A DNA stretch of 64,000 bases, taken from assembly GCA_965249715.1 (NCBI GenBank), contig CBDFMP010000049.1, forward strand, positions 8,547-72,546. The letters are read 5' to 3'. This DNA comes from Spirochaetota bacterium (GTDB taxonomy: Bacteria > Spirochaetota > UBA12135 > COTS27). Of this stretch, positions 21,630 to 32,471 are shown piece after piece (within the stretch, counting starts at the first letter, position 1; the number at the start of each line of letters is the position of its first letter). Position numbers and translations under genes: made by a program. The notes under the pieces are model-generated. The model did not search any database, was not told where the DNA came from, and was given only the letters and a program-made list of their open reading frames with translations.

Positions 21630-22625
21630 GTAATAATAAAGCGGTTCTTGCGGCGCGTTAAAAATTTCATCGCTGAGCAGCCGCAGACCAGTTTGATAAA
21701 ATTCATCAGCCGTCCGCAATTGCACGCGCATCAGCTCGCCAAGGAAATAATACCCCTCATAATCCAACGGATCCAAAATAAGCGCCTGCTGCAGAGTTTG
21801 CTCAGCTGCTTCATAACGCTGCAATTGCAACTGAATGCGCCCCTGAGTAATGTAGGCATTGTTTTCACGCGGGGCAATGATCATAGCCTGCGCAGTGTCT
21901 TTCAAGGCCCGCTCAGGATCATTGACTTGCATATAAGAAAGCGCACGACTGAGATAACCCTTGCTGATAAATTTGTTAAGCTTGAGCGCGTATGTGAAAT
22001 CCTTAATGGCTGCGTGATGATCATCGTTTAGCGCCTTGGCAACACCTCTATTGTAATAGGCTTTTTCATTGCTGGGATCATGGAAGATTACAGCGGAAAA
22101 GTCCGCTGTTGCTGCTTTGCCTTCGGAAATGCGTAAATAAGTGCTGCCCCTGTAAAAATAAGCCGTAGCACTGCGTGGATTTAATTCTATCCACTTGCTA
22201 TAATCCACAATGGCTGCACGAAAACGTTTTTGCTCCGAATAAAGCGAACCGCGATAAGAATACAACTTGGCACTGCGCGGATTGAAAGCCAGGGCTGCTG
22301 TAAAATCCGCTTCTGCACGCGGGTACTGTCTCAGTTGCATCCAGCTGAGCGCACGCAGCTCATAACCCTCCGCCAAAGAACTGTCCAAGGCAAGTGCCTC
22401 GCTGAGCTTAGCTATAGCTGTCCGATAGGCTTGATCCTTATAAGCACGTTTGCCCGTTGAGAACAGGCTTTGTGTTTGATAGCGGCGTTTATCAATGTCA
22501 CTTTCGCCTAAGGCAAGCTTAGCTTGCCCTGAAACAGCCGCAACTGCCACCTGCACACTTAACATCAGCGCACAGCCCAATAACAAACAATAACGGCGCA
22601 GCAAACTTATACGATATCCACACAT
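21483..22625 (-). CDS. Exported tetratricopeptide repeat protein
   Basis: Signal peptide; repeated AYFYRG/AYYNRG...A..DF..A..LNP motifs. Confidence 0.92.
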   Translation of the reverse strand: MCGYRISLLRRYCLLLGCALMLSVQVAVAAVSGQAKLALGESDIDKRRYQTQSLFSTGKRAYKDQAYRTAIAKLSEALALDSSLAEGYELRALSWMQLRQYPRAEADFTAALAFNPRSAKLYSYRGSLYSEQKRFRAAIVDYSKWIELNPRSATAYFYRGSTYLRISEGKAATADFSAVIFHDPSNEKAYYNRGVAKALNDDHHAAIKDFTYALKLNKFISKGYLSRALSYMQVNDPERALKDTAQAMIIAPRENNAYITQGRIQLQLQRYEAAEQTLQQALILDPLDYEGYYFLGELMRVQLRTADEFYQTGLRLLSDEIFNAPQEPLYYYERARLYERLERRTAARQDYAQAAKLYQLIGDNQAAVKAAARQAKLAAK

Positions 22626-22689
22626 ACCATTAGTATAAACTGAGCTTATAAACTTGTTTCGCTGATTTTTTCAAATTACCAGTGTACAG

Positions 22690-23909
22690 CGCGGCACTAT
22701 GGGGGAGCAGCACTTTCATGCAAACTAAGACAGAGACCCGCAGCAACGGTTTGCTGGTCTTGCAATGAGATCAGGATAAAACGTCCCATTGGTTTATTCT
22801 CCGCGTAGGTTTCCAATGGATACGGCGCCGAGAGCAGTAAACGCACGCGCCCAATACTGTTCATCTTGAGTTCTTTGGGCGCTGGTTCTTCAATGCCATT
22901 GTGAACGTTGAGCTGTGAGCTCGCGCAGGCGCGTTTTAATGTTTGCGCGGCACTATGCAAAGACCCGCAGCACGGTGCACTTTCATGCAAACTAAGACAG
23001 AGACCCGCAGCAACGGTTTGCTGGTCTTGCAATGAGCTGTCAGGATAAAACGTCCCATTGGTTTATTCTCCGCGTAGGTTTCCAATGGATACGGCGCCGA
23101 GAGCAGTAAACGCACGCGCCCAATACTGTTCATCTTGAGTTCTTTGGGCGCTGGTTCTTCAATGCCATTGTGAACGTTGAGCTGTGAGCTCAGCGCGTCA
23201 AGGCGCGTTTGTAATGTTTGTTTGCGTTTGATAGCGGCACTATGCAGGAGCAGTACTTTCATGCAAACTGAGACAGAGACCTGCGGCGGTTTGCTGGTCT
23301 TGCAATGAGCTCAGAATAAAACGTCCCATTGGTTTATTCTCCGCGTAGGTTTCCAATGGATACGGCGCCGAGAGCAGTAAACGCACGCGCCCAATACTGT
23401 TCATCTTGAGTTCTTTGGGCGCTGGTTCTTCAATGCCATTGTGAACGTTGAGCTGTGAGCTCAACGCGTCAAGGCGCGTTTATCGTTTTTCATGCAAACT
23501 AAGACAAAGACCCGCAGCAACGGTTTGCTGGTCTTGCAATGATATCAGAATAAAGCGTCCCATTGGTTTATTCTCCGCGTAGGTTTCCAATGGATACGCA
23601 CGCGCCCAATACTGTTCATTTTGAGTTCTTTGGGCGCTGGTTCTTCAATGCCATTGTGAACGTGAGCTGTGAGCTCAGCGCGTCAAATAAACGCACGCGC
23701 CCAATACTGTTCATTTTGAGTTCTTTGGGCGCTGGTTCTTCAATGCCATTGTGAATGTTGAGCTGTGAGCTCAACGCGTCAAGGCGCGTAGGTTTATCAA
23801 TATCACTTTTGTTCTTCAAATTGTGAACGTGAGCTGTGAGCTCAGCGCGTCAAGGCGCGTTTGTAATGTTTGTTTGCGTTTGATCTAATGTTGCCCTGAA
23901 ACAGCGGCA
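22690..23909 (-). repeat. Scrambled tandem copies of the cysN 3' end with fragments of the TPR gene 5' end
   Basis: About six full or partial copies of ~23903..24165 (LSSQLN.HNGIEEPAPKELKMNSIGRV). Confidence 0.95.
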
Positions 23910-25316
23910 CTATGCAGAAGCAGTACTTTCATGCAAACTAAGACAAAGACCCGCAGCAACGGTTTGCTGGTCTTGCAATGATATCAGAATAAAGCGTCCC
24001 ATTGGTTTATTCTCCGCGTAGGTTTCCAATGGATACGGCGCCGAGAGCAGTAAACGCACGCGCCCAATACTGTTCATTTTGAGTTCTTTGGGCGCTGGTT
24101 CTTCAATGCCATTGTGAATGTTGAGCTGTGAGCTCAGCGCGTCAAGGCGCGCTTGCAATGTTTGTGTGCCATGTTTGAAAAGATAAACATGCCCTGTGCG
24201 CAGCGCATGCTGACTGAGCGCACAGACAACCGCTGTGAATGTTGTGACCACGCGCGGCGCCGTAGCCGTGTCGGTGATAAGCTCGCCGCGCGCAGCGGCA
24301 ACCGCAGTATGCGCTTGCGTGGACGCGGTGGTTTCGTCGTGAAGTGTGAGTGTGGCGGCGCTTGGTGCGGTCAGCTCAGTAAAAGCTTGTGTGCCATTGT
24401 GGAGGGTGGCGATAACTGCCGTACTGCCGCTTGGCAGCAGCTTCACGCGCTGTCCACAGCTAAGCTTGCCGCTTAACAAGCTTCCAGCATAATGCCGCAC
24501 ACTGCGTCCTGTTGACGGTTCTGGCTGCGTTTTAAGGACCAGCTGAATAGGAAAACGCGTGTGTGGGACGGCTGTTTCCGCCGGCATTGTGAAATTGACT
24601 AGCCGCGCTAAGAGTGTGTGCCCGTTATACCACGGCATGGTATTCTTTGCAGGTCTGACAATGCCTTCGCCACGCAGTGCCGAACAAGGTAAAAAATCAA
24701 GTGTTGTGAAGGCAAATGGACGTAAAAATTCCTGTAATGCCGCTTTTATGTTAATGAAAGCGGTTTCGGCATAATCCACTAAATCCATTTTATTGATGCA
24801 GACAATGAGGGCGGGAACACGGAGCAATGCACTGATGATGGCGTGTCGTTTGCTCTGTTCGCTTAGCTGCGGAGGATGTTTGATGCCCCCAGCTAAGGCC
24901 TGCCGCGCATCCACTAACAACACGCCAAGTGAAGCAGTAGAGGCTGCTGTGATCATATTGCGAGTGTAGGCTGCGTGTCCGGGCGAATCGGCTAGAATAA
25001 ACGCCCGCCCGCCATATTGAAAATAACGATAAGCCACATCAATGGTAATGCCCTGTTCACGTTCTGCCTTAAGACCATCGGTGAGCTCGGCAAGCTGCGT
25101 TGCATTGGCGTTCCCTTGCGCGGTTTCTACGGAACGGCGCTGCTCGCTGGGCAGTACATTGGCATCGTAGAGCAGCCTGCCGATGAGCGTAGATTTGCCG
25201 TCATCTACGCTGCCGGCGGTAAAAAATCGTAAAAGTGTTTTATCAGCTGGGGCGGAAACGGACGCAGCGGCAGTACGCGCTGCTACTGCGGTTGGAATGG
25301 TGGAACTTTTAAACAT
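23910..25316 (-). CDS. cysN: Sulfate adenylyltransferase subunit 1
   Basis: GSVDDGKSTLIGRLL, AEREQGITIDVAYRYF, DSPGH, INKMD. Confidence 0.96.
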   Translation of the reverse strand: MFKSSTIPTAVAARTAAASVSAPADKTLLRFFTAGSVDDGKSTLIGRLLYDANVLPSEQRRSVETAQGNANATQLAELTDGLKAEREQGITIDVAYRYFQYGGRAFILADSPGHAAYTRNMITAASTASLGVLLVDARQALAGGIKHPPQLSEQSKRHAIISALLRVPALIVCINKMDLVDYAETAFINIKAALQEFLRPFAFTTLDFLPCSALRGEGIVRPAKNTMPWYNGHTLLARLVNFTMPAETAVPHTRFPIQLVLKTQPEPSTGRSVRHYAGSLLSGKLSCGQRVKLLPSGSTAVIATLHNGTQAFTELTAPSAATLTLHDETTASTQAHTAVAAARGELITDTATAPRVVTTFTAVVCALSQHALRTGHVYLFKHGTQTLQARLDALSSQLNIHNGIEEPAPKELKMNSIGRVRLLLSAPYPLETYAENKPMGRFILISLQDQQTVAAGLCLSLHESTASA

Positions 25317-25328
25317 GATTGTAAAAAC

Positions 25329-26276
25329 CTAAAAATAACCTTGTTTTTTGCGCTCTTCCATCGCCGTCGGTGAAACTTGATCGTCCAAACGTGAGCCGCG
25401 TTCGCCACTTGTGAGCGTGGACAATTCTACTAAAACTTCTTGGGCTGTGGCGGCAGCAGACGGAAATGCCGTACTGCAGCTCATATCGCCCAGCGTGCGA
25501 AAGCGCACGCGTTCTTCACTGACGGGGAAGTCCTTTAGCTCAGCGGGCAAACGGAAAAGCTCCGGGACGGGCAGATATTGATTTTTATAATGCAGCACCT
25601 TGCGGCGATGGGTAAAATACAATGACGGCAGCTCAATGGCGGTGGCTGCGATGTATTCCCAAACATTGTATTCTGTCCAGTTGCTGAGCGGAAAACAGCG
25701 CATATGCTCGCCTGGTTTAATGTTTGTATTGTAAAGGTCCCAGAGCTCAGCGCGCTGGGCTTGCGGTGTCCACGCACCAAAAGCATTGCGATGCGAAAAA
25801 ATGCGTTCTTTGGCGCGCGCTTTTTCTTCATCGCGTCTGCCGCCGCCAATGCAGGCGTCAATGTTTTGCGCATGAATAGTTTCTAATAACGTGACGGCTT
25901 GCGCGGCATTGCGCGACGGCATGAGTATGCCGCGCGTCTCGCTGGCACTGCCTGCACGAAGGCTGGCACTGACAGCGCCAATGATCAGTTTTAAATGATA
26001 ACGGGCTGCCAGCGCATCGCGAAAAGCTATGGTTTCGGCAAAATTATGCCCAGTATCTATATGCACTAAGGCAAAAGGAACGGTCGCTGGGTGGAACGCT
26101 TTGAGCGCCAGCTGGACAAGCGTGATGGAATCTTTGCCGCCAGAAAAAAGCAAAACGGGATTGCGAAAATTGGCTGCCGTCTCACGTAAAATATGAATAG
26201 CTTCACTTTCTAATAAACTTAAGTGCGGTGTTAAGTTTTTGGCGGGTGCCCTTTGGGTTGCAATGTCAAGTTTCAT
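25329..26276 (-). CDS. cysD: Sulfate adenylyltransferase subunit 2
   Basis: [43 protein letters not shown]. Confidence 0.97.
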   Translation of the reverse strand: MKLDIATQRAPAKNLTPHLSLLESEAIHILRETAANFRNPVLLFSGGKDSITLVQLALKAFHPATVPFALVHIDTGHNFAETIAFRDALAARYHLKLIIGAVSASLRAGSASETRGILMPSRNAAQAVTLLETIHAQNIDACIGGGRRDEEKARAKERIFSHRNAFGAWTPQAQRAELWDLYNTNIKPGEHMRCFPLSNWTEYNVWEYIAATAIELPSLYFTHRRKVLHYKNQYLPVPELFRLPAELKDFPVSEERVRFRTLGDMSCSTAFPSAAATAQEVLVELSTLTSGERGSRLDDQVSPTAMEERKKQGYF

Positions 26277-26288
26277 TCGCGCAAGCTC

Positions 26289-26690
26289 TCAGTTTACAGC
26301 AATTGTTGCGGGTTTAGCGGACGTTGTGCGAACTTCGTGTAGCCCGCATTCGCGTGTACCGCCCTGTTCCCACCACCAGCGCCCGGCGCGTGCAGTTTCG
26401 CCTGCGGTGACCGCACGCGTGCAGTAGGCACAGCCAATGCTGGGATAACCACGGGCATGCAGCGGATTGATAGGGAGCTGCTGAGTTTTGATAACGGTTG
26501 CTGGGTGGAACGCTTTGAGTGCCAGCTGGACAAGCGTGATAAAAGCTTTGCCGCCAGAAAAAAGCAAAACGGGATTGCGAAAATTGGCTGCCGTCTCACG
26601 TAAAATATGAATAGCTTCACTTTCTAATAAACTTAAGTGCGGTGTTAAGTTTTTGGCGGGTGCCCTTTGGGTTGCAATGTCAAGTTTCAT
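26289..26690 (-). pseudogene. In-frame CysD(N)-CysH(C) chimeric ORF, copy 2
   Basis: 133 aa: ...AFHPATV|[21 protein letters not shown]... Confidence 0.8.
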
Positions 26691-26702
26691 TCGCGCAAGC
26701 TC

Positions 26703-27104
26703 TCAGTTTACAGCAATCGCTGCGGGTTTAGCGGACGTTGTGCGAACTTCGTGTAGCCCGCATTCGCGTGTACCGCCCTGTTCCCACCACCAGCGCCCGG
26801 CGCGTGCAGTTTCGCCTGCTGTGACCGCACGCGTGCAGCAGGCACAGCCAATGCTGGGATAACCGCGGGCATGCAGCGGATTGATAGGGAGCTGCTGAGT
26901 TTTGATAACGGTTGCTGGGTGGAACGCTTTGAGTGCCAGCTGGACAAGCGTGATAAAAGCTTTGCCGCCAGAAAAAAGCAAAACGGGATTGCGAAAATTG
27001 GCTGCCGTCTCACGTAAAATATGAATAGCTTCACTTTCTAATAAACTTAAGTGCGGTGTTAAGTTTTTGGCGGGTGCCCTTTGGGTTGCAATGTCAAGTT
27101 TCAT
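26703..27104 (-). pseudogene. In-frame CysD(N)-CysH(C) chimeric ORF, copy 1
   Basis: 133 aa, same junction as copy 2. Confidence 0.8.
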
Positions 27105-27116
27105 TCGCGCAAGCTC

Positions 27117-27917
27117 TCAGTTTACAGCAATCGCTGCGGGTTTAGCGGACGTTGTGCGAACTTCGTGTAGCCCGCATTCGCGTGTACCGCCCTGTTCCCA
27201 CCACCAGCGCCCGGCGCGTGCAGTTTCGCCTGCTGTGACCGCACGTGTGCAGCAGGCACAGCCAATGCTGGGATAACCGCGGGCATGCAGCGGATTGATG
27301 GGGAGCTGCTGAGCTTTGATAAAGGCACTCAGTGTTTCAGCAGACCAATGATAAAGCGGGTGAAATTTGCTGACGCTGAGTGCTGCATCAAATTCAAGCG
27401 CGGCATGTGTCTTGGCGCGCGTTTGTGATTGTGTCTTGCGGATGCCGCTGAGCCATAGCTCTGCGGAAAAGTCTTTCAGCGCACGTCTTAGCGGTGTTAG
27501 CTTGCGGATGGCACAGCATTCCTGACGTAAGGCAACTGACTTTTTAAAACCATCACTGCCGTGTTGGCGTACATAAGTTTCAACGGCTGCTGTGTCCGGG
27601 AAATAGAGCTGAATAGGTTTTTTATAGTACGCTGTGGTGGCAGCAAGCAACGCGTAACTTTCCGCAAAAAGCCGCCCGGTGTCTAAGGTAAAAACAGTGA
27701 TCGGCAGGTTTTCCTTAAAAATAATATGTGTAAGCGCCTGATCTTCCTGCCCAAGACTGGTGGAGAAAACAATGTGTTTGAAATAACGCGTTGCTAATTG
27801 CAGCGTTTTTATAACAGCTGCTTGCGGATTGTCTGAAGCCGCGCCAGCAGGCATAACCGCCAGCGCAGCTGCAAAAGCTTGCTGTGTTTGGGGGATGTTT
27901 GAGGATGCTGCGGCCAT
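27117..27917 (-). CDS. cysH: APS/PAPS reductase
   Basis: [36 protein letters not shown]. Confidence 0.96.
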   Translation of the reverse strand: MAAASSNIPQTQQAFAAALAVMPAGAASDNPQAAVIKTLQLATRYFKHIVFSTSLGQEDQALTHIIFKENLPITVFTLDTGRLFAESYALLAATTAYYKKPIQLYFPDTAAVETYVRQHGSDGFKKSVALRQECCAIRKLTPLRRALKDFSAELWLSGIRKTQSQTRAKTHAALEFDAALSVSKFHPLYHWSAETLSAFIKAQQLPINPLHARGYPSIGCACCTRAVTAGETARAGRWWWEQGGTRECGLHEVRTTSAKPAAIAVN

Positions 27918-27919
27918 GG

Positions 27920-28255
27920 TTAAATGCTTTTTTTGCCGTAAGCAATTTTCAACCAGGCGCGTTCGTGGATGAAATAAATCACTATTTTTATAATAGCTTC
28001 CAATAATGTGACGCGAAGACTGATGGCTGTGGTCGTCGCAAGATCCAGATGATAGGGAGAGAGCTTTATGATGATAAACGTAACAATAAAGGTTGTCACT
28101 GAGGCGATAACACGCCAGGAAATAGCTTTCATCAGACTGCGCTGCAGCTTTTCTGTTGGCATTTTTGTTAGCTGCTGTTGCGATGTTCTCAGTGTTACGG
28201 GTGATTTTGTGTCCACAATGCCCGCGGATGCTGTGGTGAAATGGTTAAACTTCAT
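27920..28255 (-). CDS. DUF2061 family membrane protein
   Basis: RSLMKAISWR...YFIHERAW; heads the cys cluster. Confidence 0.85.
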   Translation of the reverse strand: MKFNHFTTASAGIVDTKSPVTLRTSQQQLTKMPTEKLQRSLMKAISWRVIASVTTFIVTFIIIKLSPYHLDLATTTAISLRVTLLEAIIKIVIYFIHERAWLKIAYGKKSI

Positions 28256-28448
28256 TAACTAAGTACCTTTTAATTCTCTTATATTAAATTCAATCGTCTG
28301 AGCTGTAAAGCTTTAAATACTTCAAATACTGTATTTTTTGTTGTATTTAAATATAACAAACATGGAATTCCAATTCAAACAATTGTTAGCGAGTTTATGT
28401 TTAGTTAAGGTATGATTAAAGATAAACTAAGGATAAGTTCGGTAAACA

Positions 28449-31400
28449 ATGCGCCATTTTAAATGGATACTGGCGGCTGATGCTGAAAGCTTGCAAACAA
28501 GCTTTGTTCAGACTTTCAGTGCAAGCCTAAACGAAGATATTGAAAGAGCGGTGCCGACGCCGTTTGGGCGTTATTGGGCGATAGTGGAGGGGGCAGCACA
28601 GGCGGAAATGCTCAAACAATGTTTGGCAAGAGACGCCAAACATGGCATAAACGCGGGATTGCAGTACGTTTATTTGCAGCAATGGGCATCCATGCTTGCT
28701 GAACTATTGCAAACACCAGCGGCTGCTGGCGGCACTGCCGCGGCAGCTCAGGCAGCTGAGCTGCTTTTATTGGAGAAAAACCCGTACACAGCTGCGCGGC
28801 TTCGCTGGCCTTTGTTTGCACTTTTGCGTGCAAATCTTACTACAAACGCGGCAGTATTGCGCCCGCTCCAACGTTACTTGCGGCGGCTAGGCAGCGCAAC
28901 CGCTCAGTTTCATTTTGCTGCGGCACTGGCTTATGTTTTCGAAAAATATGCCTTCAATCGTCCACAGCTGCTGCAAAGCTGGGAAACACCGGCAACTGAA
29001 CCGCTGCCTGCAGCTGAGCTCAGTGCTGCATTGGGTGTTACACAGGAGCTTGTGGGTACGGCACTGGAAGTGGCGCGCTGGCAGGGCTGGCTTTGGCGTA
29101 AACTGCGCATAACTGTGGGAGCAATGCCCAAAACACAAATTTTGGCGCGCATTGCGGAGTTGCTGGCACATTTGGATAGTACCACACAAAAACTTGTGCA
29201 GACTGTCATGCCGCGGCTTTTTGTTTACGAGCTGCAATATTTGCCGCCGCCGTACCTTCAGGTCCTGCATGCACTGGCGCAGGTGGTGCCTGTGACCATT
29301 TTTAAGTGGGATTTGGCAGCCTTAGCCCCTGCTGCAGAGCTGCCGTTGGCGGGATTGGCAACCCGCCGCACTGCGTTTTACAGCTGGCTGAGCACAGCGC
29401 CTGAGTGTCCCCCGCCAGCTGCCCTGCGTTTGGCCAGTCTGAAACCCGCTGAATCAGCAGCCCCCGCCCCCGCAGCCTTAGCAGCTTTGCAAAAACTGCT
29501 TTTTACAGCTGAAACTGCGCCCGCCGCTGCTGCAGCAACGTTGATGTCTGCACTTGAAGCGGAATGTACACAAACACAGCAAAACCCGCGCTCTTTGCAA
29601 TTTTTTTCCACAGTGACACCCGCTCAGGAAATTATGCAGCTGCACGCCCAGCTGCTGAGCCTCTTTTGCTCAGACCACACGCTGCGCCCTGCCGATGTGT
29701 GCATTGTGACACCGCAGCTGGAACGTTATGCACCGTTATTGCGAGCTGTTTTTACAGCAGGCGGAGTGTTTCCGCTAACATTGCCGGCTGTGGCAAGGGC
29801 GGTGAAAGCGGAAACTGAGGCTTGTTTGGCGATGACTGAGCTGCTGGTTTTTTGCGCTCAGTCTGCGTGGAGCTTGCGCGAGTGCCGGCGCGTAGTGGCA
29901 GCGGTGGTGCCAGTGGATGCACGCGTGCCAAACGGTGCGCGGCATTTTATGCAGGCACTTGGCCAGGCTTTCAAACTGCATGCTGCACCGCTTTTTGGAC
30001 AGTATACCGGTGTGCGGATGGCACTCACTGAGTTATGTGCCTTTACGCGTGCGTGGGCGGCAGGCTCGCCGCAGCTGGCGGCGGCTGAATACACTGCTGT
30101 TTTGCGCTGGGCGCAGCTGTTTGCCCAGCTGGCAAATTTGCAGGCAATGATGACACAGCGGGCACTAAATGTGTCAACGTGGCGGCGTGAGCTTTTACGC
30201 ATTGCTGCGGAATATTATGCCGCCTTAGGCGCAAGCGCAGCTGCCATGACACGTCTGCAGCGCGCACTTGAGCAATTTTTTGCAGAATTTTCCATTGCCA
30301 AACCTCAGCCTCAGCCCACGGCAGCTCAACCTGCACAGCAGCGTGAAGAATGGCGCATTGAGCAGTCAGTGCTGCTGCTGGCGCTCAGGCAGGCACTGCT
30401 CTGCACAGAGACCGTGCGCTTAACGTTGGCGCCTGCGCTTGCTGCAGGCATTCGCTGTGCAAGCCTCAAAGCCCTGCGCGGGCTGAGCGCACGCGTGGTC
30501 TGTGTGGTGGGGCTGGACGCAGGACAGTTTCCGCAGTCAGCCGTCAAACATGACTTCGATCTCATGAGCCATTTTCCCCAGCCAGCTGATAGAGACCCAC
30601 AGGGCGATGATGAACTGCTGCTGCTGGAATGGCTGCGCAGTGCACAGGCTGCTTTTTGGCTTAGTTTCACACAACCAGAACCGACAGCGCAAACTGAGGA
30701 TGAAATGTTGGCGGTGTGGCTGAGTGCTGCTGCCGAACCTGTTCAGAAACTGTTTTATTGGCTGAGCGCACAGCTGAAACCAAGCGGCATTGGTACTGGT
30801 ACTGGCATTGGTACTGAGCCTGTATTCAGTAGTGCCGCAGTGCAACTGCGTTTGTGGAAAGCTTTAACGGCTGCAACCCACCCGCCAGTAGTGCCGTACC
30901 CTCATTTGTCTGCGGTGCCACTGAACGCACAGCTCAGGAACGCAGCCAACCCATTTATTCAAACCGAGACGCAGAGCGTTTTAGCAGAACGTGTCTTTCA
31001 CCCCAGTGAACTGCGGTTATGGCAGCAATTTTCTGAGCAGGCAGCGCCCGCTCAGCGCAGGGCTGACAATGTTGACAATGCCAACAAAAGCAAGCTGTTT
31101 GCCGCACCGCTTGCTTTTGCAGCCCCCGCCCTGACTGAACGCCTTAGCTTGCTAGAGCCAATAATTGCCGCGCCGCAGACTAAACGCCTTGACAAACTTG
31201 CGCCGCTACTTGAGCAATTGGAACTGCCGAAATTTTATAGTGCCGCTGCCATTGCTGCCGCGCCGCCACTTGTGACACTAGCGGCGTTGCGGGCATTTTT
31301 TACGGCTCCGCTTGGCTGGTTTGTGCAGACACAATTTTCCTTGAATCCTGCAGCACTGAGCCAAACAATGGGAACGGCAACAGCTTCATGGCTGGAAACA

Positions 31401-32471
31401 TTTCAGGATGCCATTGCCGCGCCTAAACACACACAGCTTGGACGCAGCATGCAGGATGCTATTGCCGCTGAGTTTGCATGCGGCGCACTGAGCCAAACTG
31501 CCGCTGAATACAAAAATTCCGGCAAAAAACTCATGCAAGCCTTACAAACTGAGTCTGCTGTACCCGCCGCCGCTGCACCATTGCAAATGCCGGTGAGCGC
31601 CCAGGTCCTTGCAGCATTGCAGGAACTGAGCATGGAACAACATTTTACTTATATGCGGTCACGCGTTTTTTCTCTCCTGGAGCTTTTGCAGCCGCAAGCA
31701 TCACCCGCACCAGTAGAATATCCCGTTGTCCCAGCTAGCGGTACTGTGTCCTTAACGCTTGCCAAACAGCACTTTCGCCTCAGTGGCGCTGTTCCGTTAG
31801 TGGGTATTCATACTGGCGGCGCTGAGGCGCGTGTCCTGCTGCACATTGTGCCTGCTCCCCTCACTATGGGAGCCTGGCTGAGCTGGTGCCTTGAACTGCT
31901 GTTTGTTAATGCCTTGGCAACAACACCAGCGGCACAGCACGCGCGTCGCAGCTCACGTTATAGCGGCGCGTTGTTATGTGCCATCACGGATAGTTTTACG
32001 CTGGTTAGCTATTACTGCGCACCGTTAACGCAAAAACAGGCGCTAACCGGGCTTAAGCTTATGTTGGCATGGAGTGTTTATGGGGCAATGCTCCCGCTGC
32101 CGCCTGTCATCACCAGCGTTGCTGATTACATGACGCAGTGGTTTGGCATCACCCATCACCATAAGGGAATTGCCGCTAAAACAGCAATGCGGCAGGTGTT
32201 GCTGGAGGAAGAGCAGAAAGCCTGGCAGCAAATGTTTGCTCCAGTGGCATTAGCTCCCTATTCCGTACAACGGCAATATTTTCAAAGTAGTGGAAATTCC
32301 GAACTGGCGCTTGCCTGCAGTTTTTTTACGCCGCCGCTTGCCGCCGCCAATAACCCCCGGGCAGCTTCACACTCAGAAAATTTCTTTCGGCATACAAAAC
32401 TGAGTCATGATTACTGGGTAGAACTCTTAGCCACACTTGTTCCGCAGCTGCGCACGCAAATAGTGATTTGA
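28449..32471 (+). CDS. recC: Exodeoxyribonuclease V gamma subunit, highly divergent
   Basis: FEKYAFNRP, WQGWLWR, PADVCIVTPQLERYAPLLRAVF, RVVCVVGLDAGQFP, DFDLM; precedes recB. Confidence 0.8.
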   Translation: MRHFKWILAADAESLQTSFVQTFSASLNEDIERAVPTPFGRYWAIVEGAAQAEMLKQCLARDAKHGINAGLQYVYLQQWASMLAELLQTPAAAGGTAAAAQAAELLLLEKNPYTAARLRWPLFALLRANLTTNAAVLRPLQRYLRRLGSATAQFHFAAALAYVFEKYAFNRPQLLQSWETPATEPLPAAELSAALGVTQELVGTALEVARWQGWLWRKLRITVGAMPKTQILARIAELLAHLDSTTQKLVQTVMPRLFVYELQYLPPPYLQVLHALAQVVPVTIFKWDLAALAPAAELPLAGLATRRTAFYSWLSTAPECPPPAALRLASLKPAESAAPAPAALAALQKLLFTAETAPAAAAATLMSALEAECTQTQQNPRSLQFFSTVTPAQEIMQLHAQLLSLFCSDHTLRPADVCIVTPQLERYAPLLRAVFTAGGVFPLTLPAVARAVKAETEACLAMTELLVFCAQSAWSLRECRRVVAAVVPVDARVPNGARHFMQALGQAFKLHAAPLFGQYTGVRMALTELCAFTRAWAAGSPQLAAAEYTAVLRWAQLFAQLANLQAMMTQRALNVSTWRRELLRIAAEYYAALGASAAAMTRLQRALEQFFAEFSIAKPQPQPTAAQPAQQREEWRIEQSVLLLALRQALLCTETVRLTLAPALAAGIRCASLKALRGLSARVVCVVGLDAGQFPQSAVKHDFDLMSHFPQPADRDPQGDDELLLLEWLRSAQAAFWLSFTQPEPTAQTEDEMLAVWLSAAAEPVQKLFYWLSAQLKPSGIGTGTGIGTEPVFSSAAVQLRLWKALTAATHPPVVPYPHLSAVPLNAQLRNAANPFIQTETQSVLAERVFHPSELRLWQQFSEQAAPAQRRADNVDNANKSKLFAAPLAFAAPALTERLSLLEPIIAAPQTKRLDKLAPLLEQLELPKFYSAAAIAAAPPLVTLAALRAFFTAPLGWFVQTQFSLNPAALSQTMGTATASWLETFQDAIAAPKHTQLGRSMQDAIAAEFACGALSQTAAEYKNSGKKLMQALQTESAVPAAAAPLQMPVSAQVLAALQELSMEQHFTYMRSRVFSLLELLQPQASPAPVEYPVVPASGTVSLTLAKQHFRLSGAVPLVGIHTGGAEARVLLHIVPAPLTMGAWLSWCLELLFVNALATTPAAQHARRSSRYSGALLCAITDSFTLVSYYCAPLTQKQALTGLKLMLAWSVYGAMLPLPPVITSVADYMTQWFGITHHHKGIAAKTAMRQVLLEEEQKAWQQMFAPVALAPYSVQRQYFQSSGNSELALACSFFTPPLAAANNPRAASHSENFFRHTKLSHDYWVELLATLVPQLRTQIVI

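Larger units (their letters stand above)
26079..27322 (-). repeat. Three tandem 414-bp units covering the cysH 3' end and cysD 5' end
   Basis: cysD-type starts at 26276, 26690 and 27104, spaced 414 bp. Confidence 0.97.
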
